This document shows positions 57,074 to 64,000 of a stretch of DNA of 64,000 bases, piece by piece. Numbering within the stretch: position 1 is the first letter of the stretch; each line of letters starts with the position of its first letter. The notes under the pieces were generated by a model. The model searched no databases, was not told the origin of the DNA, and saw only the letters and a list, made by a program, of their open reading frames with translations. Source of the stretch: Burkholderiales bacterium (GTDB taxonomy: Bacteria > Pseudomonadota > Gammaproteobacteria > Burkholderiales > Burkholderiaceae_C). The stretch spans positions 1,678 through 65,677 of the forward strand of contig JBBSUK010000003.1 of NCBI GenBank assembly GCA_038234975.1, read 5' to 3'. Both the position numbers and the translations under genes were made by a program.

Positions 57074-59919
57074 CCGCGCGCGACCTCGAGACCCGGCAGG
57101 TCGTCCGCGTCGCGGTCAACGGCGCGTCGCGCGAGCTCATCGGCGCGCCGTCACGGCGCCTCTCGACGGCGCTGCGCGAGGAGCTGGGTCTCACGGGCAC
57201 CAAGATCGGCTGCCACGCCGGCGACTGCGGCGCCTGCACCGTGCTGCTCGACGCCGCCGCCGTGTGCGCCTGCCTCGTCGCCGTCGGCCAGTGCGACGGC
57301 CGCACGGTGACGACGGTCGAGGGCCTGGCATCGGCCGACGGCGCGCTCTCGGACCTGCAGCGCGCGTTCGTCGCCCACGGCGCGGCGCAGTGCGGCATCT
57401 GCACCCCGGGGATGCTGATGGCGGCCGAGGGTCTGCTGCGCGCGACGCCGCACCCCGACGAGGCGGCGGTGCGCGATGCGCTCGCTGGCGTCCTGTGCCG
57501 CTGCACCGGCTACACGAAGATCGTCGAGGCGGTGCTGGCGGTGGCGAGCGGCAGCGTCGTCGATGCACCGGCGCCGGCGGCGGGCCACGCGGTCGGCGCT
57601 CGCGCGGCGCGACTCGATGCACCGGCGAAAGTGACCGGCCGCGAGCGGTTCGGTGCCGATGCGTGGCCTGCGGCGGCGTCCATCGGCACGACACCCGCGC
57701 TGCCCACGCTGGCGATGCGCGTCGTCCGCTCGCCGTATCCGCACGCCGCCTTTCGCGTCGGCGATCTCGCCGCGTTCGTCGCCGCGCATGCCGGCGTCGT
57801 CGACGTGATCGCGGCGGCCGACGTGCCGCACAACGCCTATGCGATCTTCCCCGACCTGCGCGACCAGCCCGTGCTGGCCGACGGCGTCGTGCGCTTTCGT
57901 GGCGAAGCGGTGCTCGCGGCGGTCGGCGACGAGGCAGCGCTCGCAGCGATCGCCGATGCCGACTGGCCGCTGCAATGGACCGCACTTGCTGCGCACGAGT
58001 CGATCGCATCGGCGCTCGACGCTGCAGCACGTGGCGAGCCGGTGCATGCGCGCTGGCCCGACAACGTGCTCTGCCGCGGTCGGGTCGTCTCCGGCGATGT
58101 CGGGGCGGCGTTCGCCGCGGCGCCGGCGCATGTCGCTTCGATGAGCTTCGAGACGCGCCACGTCGAGCACGCCTACATCGAGCCCGAGGCCGGCTGGGCC
58201 GAAGTCGTCGAAGTCGCGGGCGGCGGGCCGCGTCGCGTCCGAATCTGGGCCTGCACGCAAACCCCCTACATGGACCGCGACGAGATCGCCCACGTCCTCG
58301 ACATCGAGCCCGGGCGCGTGCACATCGTGCCCTCGGCGATCGGCGGCGGCTTCGGCGGCAAGCTCGACCTGTCGGTGCAGCCGTTGCTGGCCGTCGCGGC
58401 ATGGAAACTCGGCCGGCCGGTGCGGCTCGTCTACGAGCGCCCGGACTCGATGCGGTCGACGACGAAGCGGCATCCCGCCTCGATGCGAGCCCGTGCCGCG
58501 TGCGACGGCGAAGGCCGGCTCGTCGCCTACGACTTCGAGGCCGACTTCGACACCGGTCCCTACTCGTCGTGGGGCCCGACCGTCGCCAACCGCGTGCCGA
58601 TCCACGCCTCGGGTCCCTACCGCGTCGACGCGGTTCGCGCACTGACGCGTGCCGTGATCACGAACGACAGCGTCTGCGGCGCCTTTCGCGGCTTCGGCGT
58701 GCCGCAGTCGACACTCGTCGGCGAGGCGCTGCTCGACGCGCTTGCCGCCGAGTCCGGCATCGACGCGCTCGAGTTCCGCTGGCGCAACGCACTCGTCGCC
58801 GGTGACCGCACGCCGACCGGGCAGACGCTCGCCGCGAGCGTCGGCCTGCGTGCCTGCCTCGACGCACTGCGGCCCGCCTGGAGCGCAGCTGGCCACGCGG
58901 CATCCACCTTCAACGCCGCCGCCGCCGCCTCGTGTTCGCCGCACCGCCGCGGCCGCGGCATCGCCTGCATGTGGTACGGCATCGGCAACACGGTGATCGC
59001 CAACCCGTCGACGATGCGGGGCGCGCTGCGCTGGTCGGCCGGGCGCGGCGCGCACCTCTTTCTCTACAACGGCGCTCAGGAGATCGGCCAGGGCACTGCG
59101 ACGATCCTGCCGCAGATGCTCGCCGACGCGGTCGGCTTGCCGCTCGAGTGCGTCGAACAGGTGATGGGCGACACCGACCGAACGGCCGACGCGGGCAAGT
59201 CGTCGGCGTCGCGGCAGACGTTCGTCTCGGGCAATGCGGCTCGCTTCGCCGGCGAGGCACTGCGCCGGCAGCTCGTCGAGCGGCTCGGATTCGCCGTGGC
59301 CGACGCAGGGGCGGTGGCGCTGTCGCTCGACGGTCCGGCGCTGACCGGCAGGTTGCACGGAAGCGAGCGTCACGCCGACCTGCGCGACTGGCCCGCCGAT
59401 GCGAACGGCGACCTCGCCGTCGCCACCGGCCACTTCAACCCGCCGACGGTTCCGCTCGATGCCGACGGCCAGGGCGTCCCCTACGCCACCTACGGCTTCG
59501 CGGCGCAGATCGCCGAGGTCGAGGTCGACACCGAGTTCGGCACCGTGAAGCTGGTGACGATCCACGCCGCGCACGACGTCGGTCGTGCCATCAACCCGAC
59601 GCTGGTCGAAGGCCAGATCCAGGGCGGCATCGCGCAGGGCATCGGCATGGCGCTGATGGAGGAGTACGTCAACGGCCGCACCGACAACCTGCACGACTAC
59701 CTGATCCCGACGGTGGGCGACGTGCCGCCGATCGAGGTGCACCTGATCGAGGACCCGGAGCCGCTCGGCCCGTGGGGCGCGAAGGGCGTCGGCGAGCCGG
59801 CGCTGGTCGCGACCGCGCCGGCGATCCTGGCCGCGATCCGCGACGCGACCGGTGCGGAGCTGTTCGAGGTGCCGGTGACGCCGAGCCGCTTGCGCGCCGC
59901 GATCCTGGCGGTGCGATGA
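57070..59919 (+). CDS. Fused [2Fe-2S] plus Mo-binding hydroxylase subunit (nicotinate dehydrogenase-like)
   Basis: KIGCHAGDCGAC, QCGICTPG, LCRCTGY, then HAYIEPE, GGGFGGK, FRGFGVPQ, EIGQG, KGVGEP. Confidence 0.88.
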   Translation: MTARDLETRQVVRVAVNGASRELIGAPSRRLSTALREELGLTGTKIGCHAGDCGACTVLLDAAAVCACLVAVGQCDGRTVTTVEGLASADGALSDLQRAFVAHGAAQCGICTPGMLMAAEGLLRATPHPDEAAVRDALAGVLCRCTGYTKIVEAVLAVASGSVVDAPAPAAGHAVGARAARLDAPAKVTGRERFGADAWPAAASIGTTPALPTLAMRVVRSPYPHAAFRVGDLAAFVAAHAGVVDVIAAADVPHNAYAIFPDLRDQPVLADGVVRFRGEAVLAAVGDEAALAAIADADWPLQWTALAAHESIASALDAAARGEPVHARWPDNVLCRGRVVSGDVGAAFAAAPAHVASMSFETRHVEHAYIEPEAGWAEVVEVAGGGPRRVRIWACTQTPYMDRDEIAHVLDIEPGRVHIVPSAIGGGFGGKLDLSVQPLLAVAAWKLGRPVRLVYERPDSMRSTTKRHPASMRARAACDGEGRLVAYDFEADFDTGPYSSWGPTVANRVPIHASGPYRVDAVRALTRAVITNDSVCGAFRGFGVPQSTLVGEALLDALAAESGIDALEFRWRNALVAGDRTPTGQTLAASVGLRACLDALRPAWSAAGHAASTFNAAAAASCSPHRRGRGIACMWYGIGNTVIANPSTMRGALRWSAGRGAHLFLYNGAQEIGQGTATILPQMLADAVGLPLECVEQVMGDTDRTADAGKSSASRQTFVSGNAARFAGEALRRQLVERLGFAVADAGAVALSLDGPALTGRLHGSERHADLRDWPADANGDLAVATGHFNPPTVPLDADGQGVPYATYGFAAQIAEVEVDTEFGTVKLVTIHAAHDVGRAINPTLVEGQIQGGIAQGIGMALMEEYVNGRTDNLHDYLIPTVGDVPPIEVHLIEDPEPLGPWGAKGVGEPALVATAPAILAAIRDATGAELFEVPVTPSRLRAAILAVR

Positions 59920-61376
59920 GCGAGGTCGTCGCCGGCAAGGTGCGCTGCGAGGCATGCCCGGTGCTGTGCCAGATCAGCCCCGGCAAGCTCGGCGCGTGCG
60001 ACCGCTACGGCAACGTCGACGGCGAGCTGCGCCGGCTCGACACGCTCGCCCTCGTCACCCGGCCTGGCACCGATCTCGTCGCCTTCGCGTCGGCGGCGAA
60101 GGAATGGTCCTTCGTCTCGGGCGACGCACCGGTCTTCGTCTCCGGCGTCGGCTCGACGACGACCTATCCCGACTACAAGCCGGCGCCGTTCATCGTGTCG
60201 TCGCAGCACGACGGTGTCGACCTCGTCACCGTCGTCACCGAGGGCATCTTCAGCTACTGCAGCTTCAAGGTGAAGGTCGACACCGACCGCTACCTGGGCC
60301 CCGAGCAGGCGACGGTGCGTTGCCGCGGCGAGGCCGTGGGCCACGTCGGCACCATCGAGTACGGCTCGCAGTTCCTGTCGATCGGCGGCGTGCACCACCT
60401 CACCGGCGGCTCGAGGAAGGAAGGGCGGATCGCCTGCGAGACGATGCTCGCGCTGGGCAACCGCGAGCCGGTCGAGCTGCAGGTCGACGGCGGCGCGCGT
60501 GTCGTCGTCTGCGCGAACGAGGCGCCGATCGTCGACGGCGTCGCCGAGTCGCGGATGCGCGTCGGCTGCGGGTCGGCGGCGATCGGCATCTTCGCGCCGC
60601 AGTGGGCCGGCCACGTCGACGAGGTCGTCGTCGTCGACGACCACATCACCGGTGTCCTCTCCGAGCACCAGGCCGGCAAGTTCCTCGACCTGCCGGAGAC
60701 CGGCATCCGCATGCGTGGCCGTCGCTCGACGCCGGGCCGCTACTTCCAGGTCGCCGGGCCGGGCGCGGGCTGGGGCGGCACCGACATCGTCGATCCGCTG
60801 TCGATCGTCGAAGGCTTCGAGGCCGAGCGCGGCGCCCGCCCGGGCCTGCGCCTGCTGATGGTCTCGACGACGGGCGAGGAGTCGGCCTGGTACGTCCTCG
60901 ACGAGAACCTGGTGCCGCGGCCGGCCGAGATGCCGGCGGCCGTGCGCCGCGTCGTCGACCGCATCGGCGAGAACTGCGAGCCGGCGCTGTGCTCGGTGCT
61001 CTATGTCGCCGGCGCGGGCGGCAGCCTGCGCGCCGGTGTCACCGAGAACCCGGTCGCACTGACACGGTCGATCAAGTCGATGCTCACGCGGGTGACGTGC
61101 GGCGGTGCGCCGGCCTACGTGTGGCCCGGCGGCGGCATCACGGTGATGGTCGACGTGGCGAAGATGCCGGCGGCGAGCTTCGACACCGTGCCGACGCCGG
61201 CGATCGTCTCGCCGATCGAATTCACGCTGCGCGCCGACGACTATCGGGCCCTTGGCGGTCACATGGGCCGGGTGCGGCCGTTGGCCGCCGTGCTTGCCGA
61301 AGGGGACTGGCGGCTGGTCGAATCCGGCGCCGACAACCCCTGGCCGCTGCAGCCGATGCAGGCAGGCATGAGGTGA
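59916..61376 (+). CDS. 6-hydroxynicotinate reductase-like Fe-S protein
   Basis: N-terminal CX2CX3CX9C, TYPDYKPAPFIV, VTEGIFSYC, RVGCGSA, VVVVDDHITG. Recognised by family motifs and context. Confidence 0.75.
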   Translation: MSEVVAGKVRCEACPVLCQISPGKLGACDRYGNVDGELRRLDTLALVTRPGTDLVAFASAAKEWSFVSGDAPVFVSGVGSTTTYPDYKPAPFIVSSQHDGVDLVTVVTEGIFSYCSFKVKVDTDRYLGPEQATVRCRGEAVGHVGTIEYGSQFLSIGGVHHLTGGSRKEGRIACETMLALGNREPVELQVDGGARVVVCANEAPIVDGVAESRMRVGCGSAAIGIFAPQWAGHVDEVVVVDDHITGVLSEHQAGKFLDLPETGIRMRGRRSTPGRYFQVAGPGAGWGGTDIVDPLSIVEGFEAERGARPGLRLLMVSTTGEESAWYVLDENLVPRPAEMPAAVRRVVDRIGENCEPALCSVLYVAGAGGSLRAGVTENPVALTRSIKSMLTRVTCGGAPAYVWPGGGITVMVDVAKMPAASFDTVPTPAIVSPIEFTLRADDYRALGGHMGRVRPLAAVLAEGDWRLVESGADNPWPLQPMQAGMR

Positions 61377-62308
61377 CCGGCGCCGAACGCCGCCACCTGC
61401 CCGACGGGCGCTGGCACTTCCACCACGGCCCGATCGACTGCGTCGTGTTCGCCGAGCCACTGACGCCATCGCCCGCCGACGCCGAGATCGTCGAGGCCGC
61501 GACCGCCGCCTGCTGGCAGCGCTTCCAGGGCGTGCTTGAAGCGCTCGTCGACGAGCTGGCGCTGCTGCGCCTGGATCTGTCGTCGCCTGCCGGTGCGGCG
61601 GTCGAACCACGCGGCCCGGTCGCCGTGCGGATGGTCGCCGCATGCCGGCCTCACGCGCGAGGCGGCCGCTTCATCACCGCGATGGCGGCGGTCGCCGGCA
61701 GCGTCGCCGACGCGCTCATCGGCTGCTTCGCCCATCCGCGCATCGCCCGCGCCTGCGTCAACGACGGTGGCGACGTCGCGCTGCATCTCGCGCCCGGAGC
61801 ACGATTCGACGTCGGCGTTGTCGCCGACCTCGGCGCCGCGCTCGCCGGCGGCGCGCCCGAGGGTGCGTTCGTTGTCGACCACGCGTCGTCGGTGCGCGGC
61901 ATCGCGACCTCGGGCTGGCGAGGGCGCAGCCTCTCGCTCGGCATCGCCGACGCCGTCACCGTGCTCGCCCGCGACGCCGCGGCGGCCGATGCTGCGGCGA
62001 CGGTGGTCGCGAACGCCGTCGATGTCGACGTGCCCGACGTCCGTCGCCGCCCGGCCTGCGACGTGCGTGACGACAGCGACCTCGGCGACCTGCTCGTCAC
62101 GGTCGGCGTCGCGCGACTCGCTCCGCACGACGTGAACGCCGCGCTCGACGCCGGCGTCCGAGTGGCCGAAGCCGAGATCGCCGCCGGCCGGATCGTCGCC
62201 GCGGTGCTGCAGTTGCAGGGCGCCGTCCGCGTCTGCGGCACCATCGGGGTCTCGCACCCGTCGCCCGTCTCCGCCTTCACCGCCGCCACCGAGCCCGCGC
62301 CATGCTGA
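61373..62308 (+). CDS. UPF0280 / ApbE-like protein
   Basis: HHGPID, TAMAAVAGSVAD, VNDGGDVAL, GIATSGWRGRSLSLGIADAVTV. Confidence 0.85.
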   Translation: MTGAERRHLPDGRWHFHHGPIDCVVFAEPLTPSPADAEIVEAATAACWQRFQGVLEALVDELALLRLDLSSPAGAAVEPRGPVAVRMVAACRPHARGGRFITAMAAVAGSVADALIGCFAHPRIARACVNDGGDVALHLAPGARFDVGVVADLGAALAGGAPEGAFVVDHASSVRGIATSGWRGRSLSLGIADAVTVLARDAAAADAAATVVANAVDVDVPDVRRRPACDVRDDSDLGDLLVTVGVARLAPHDVNAALDAGVRVAEAEIAAGRIVAAVLQLQGAVRVCGTIGVSHPSPVSAFTAATEPAPC

Positions 62309-62907
62309 TTCCCGCCTCGCCCACGCTGCCCGCCGTCGACGTCCGCAAGCTCGTCGTCTCGACCGAAGACGTCTGGCACGACGGCGGCCCGCGACTCGAA
62401 TCACCGCTGCGCCGCGGCTGGTGCGCCGCCGCGGTGAAGAACCCCTACGCTGGCGGCTACGTCGCCGACATCCAGCCGATGATGGAGGCGCTCAAGCCGC
62501 TCGGCCATGCGATGGCCGAGCGGCTCATCGCCGCGCTCGGCGGCGCCGGCGCGATCCAGGGCTACGGCAAGGGCGCGCTGGTCGGCCTCGGCGGCGAGCT
62601 CGAGCACGGCGCCCTGTGGCACCTGCCCGGCGGCTACGGCATGCGCGACCTGCTCGAGGGCTCGCACGCGATCGTCCCGTCGACGACCAAGATCGGCCCG
62701 GCCGGCACCCCGATCGACATTCCGCTGCACCACCGCGTCGCCGCATACGTGCGCAGCCATTTCGACGGCGTCACGGTGCAGCTCGCCGACTCGCCTCGCC
62801 CGGACGAACTGCTGCTCGTGCTGGCGATGGCGACCGGACCGCGACCGCACGCACGCGTCGGCGGGCTGGCGGCAAACGAGATTGCCAAGTTCGACGGCCA
62901 GCGGTAG
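62302..62907 (+). CDS. Amino acid synthesis family (AA_synth-like) protein of unknown function
   Basis: AAAVKNPYAG, YGKGALVG..GELEHGA, DIPLHH...YVRSHFD, GPRPHARVGGL. Confidence 0.8.
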   Translation: MLIPASPTLPAVDVRKLVVSTEDVWHDGGPRLESPLRRGWCAAAVKNPYAGGYVADIQPMMEALKPLGHAMAERLIAALGGAGAIQGYGKGALVGLGGELEHGALWHLPGGYGMRDLLEGSHAIVPSTTKIGPAGTPIDIPLHHRVAAYVRSHFDGVTVQLADSPRPDELLLVLAMATGPRPHARVGGLAANEIAKFDGQR

Positions 62908-62979
62908 CGTGCGCCGGACGACCCCGCCCCGGCACGATCGGTGCATGGCCTGCCCGCAGTTCCCACGGAGATCACCCGA

Positions 62980-64000
62980 ATGCCGCTTAAGAACACCCTG
63001 AAGACCGGCATTGCGCTGGCCGCGTTCGCACTGACCGGCGCCGTGCACGCGCAGACCACGATCAAGATCGGCGAGATCAACAGCTACAAGGCGCAGCCGG
63101 CGTTCCTCGAGCCGTACAAGAAGGGCTGGGAGCTCGCAGTCGAGCAGGTCAATGCGGCCGGCGGCGTGCTGGGCAAGAAGCTGGAGGTGGTCTCGCGCGA
63201 CGACAACGGCAACCCGGGCGACGCGGTCCGAGTCGCCGAGGAGCTCGTGTCGCGCGAGGGCGTGGCGCTCATCTGCGGCACCTTCCTGTCGAACACCGGG
63301 CTCGCGGTCACCGACTTCGCAAAGCAGAAGAAGGTCTTCTTCCTCGCCGCCGAGCCGCTGACCGACAAGATCACCTGGCAAAACGGCAACCGCTACACGT
63401 TCCGCCTGCGGGCCAACACCTACATGCAGTCGGCGATGCTGGCACCCGAGGCCGCGAAGCTGAAGAAGAAGCGCTGGGCGGTCGTCTACCCGAACTACGA
63501 GTACGGCCAGTCGGCGGCCGCGACGTTCAAGGCACAGCTCAAGCAGTTGCAGCCCGACGTGGAGTTCGTCGCCGAGCAGGCGCCGCCGCTCGGCCGCATC
63601 GACGCCGGAGCCGTGTCGCAGGCGCTCGCCGATGCCAAACCCGACGCGATCTTCAACGTGCTGTTCGGCGCCGACCTCGCCAAGTTCGTTCGCGAGGGCC
63701 ACACGCGCGGCTTGTTCAAGGGCCGCGAGGTGGTGAGCATGCTGACCGGCGAGCCGGAATACATCGAGCCGCTGAAGGCCGAGGCGCCCGTCGGCTGGAT
63801 CGTCACCGGCTATCCGTACTACGGCATCCAGACCGAGGACCACAAGAAGTTCTTCCTCGCCTACTTCCGCAAGTACAACGAGTATCCGAGGCTCGGCTCG
63901 GTCGTCGGCTACTCGACGATCCTGTCGATCGCCGACGGCATCAGGAAGGCGAAGTCGACCGACACCGACAAGCTGATCGCCGCCTTCGAGGGCCTGAACG
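62980..64000 (+). CDS. ABC transporter substrate-binding protein, branched-chain amino-acid type (partial)
   Basis: Not in the ORF track because it runs off the window end. MPLKNTLKTGIALAAFALTGAVHAQ signal, then IKIGEINSY...GGVLGKKLEVVSRDD. Confidence 0.9.
   Translation, partial: MPLKNTLKTGIALAAFALTGAVHAQTTIKIGEINSYKAQPAFLEPYKKGWELAVEQVNAAGGVLGKKLEVVSRDDNGNPGDAVRVAEELVSREGVALICGTFLSNTGLAVTDFAKQKKVFFLAAEPLTDKITWQNGNRYTFRLRANTYMQSAMLAPEAAKLKKKRWAVVYPNYEYGQSAAATFKAQLKQLQPDVEFVAEQAPPLGRIDAGAVSQALADAKPDAIFNVLFGADLAKFVREGHTRGLFKGREVVSMLTGEPEYIEPLKAEAPVGWIVTGYPYYGIQTEDHKKFFLAYFRKYNEYPRLGSVVGYSTILSIADGIRKAKSTDTDKLIAAFEGLN

Noticed and set aside
57151-59955. 934-aa minus-strand ORF, plus similar ones at 48856..51372 and 18039..20705
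   Set aside because: Antisense or off-frame shadows of well-supported genes, with Arg/Ala/Gly-rich non-protein-like composition.

Overview
High-GC, gene-dense chromosomal window. Gene content and order (dksA-STAS-hslVU, corC-lnt-glyQS-gmhB-plsC, liuR-can-aceK) point to a Burkholderiales-type betaproteobacterium; this taxon call is an inference. About 58 CDSs can be supported. Main blocks: housekeeping genes (about 10-31 kb); a LiuR-type branched-chain acyl-CoA cluster split by a 14-kb accessory block (DUF2868/GTPase-DUF3482 pair, TRAP transporter, HAD, VapBC, PaoABC-like molybdoenzyme); and the start of a nicotinate-catabolism-like cluster (Mo-hydroxylase, 6-hydroxynicotinate reductase-like, UPF0280, ABC binding protein). 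I saw no rRNA, tRNA, CRISPR array, integrase or transposase. The most novel-looking element is at about 1.7-2.5 kb on the minus strand and is absent from the ORF track: a sigma70-like promoter, a 41-codon leader ORF (...AAWMCIGADGAPPG*), an intrinsic terminator, then two small unannotated genes, one very basic. It sits downstream of an orphan phage-repressor-like HTH gene. All family assignments come from motif recognition by eye, with no database searches. Start codons are best estimates.
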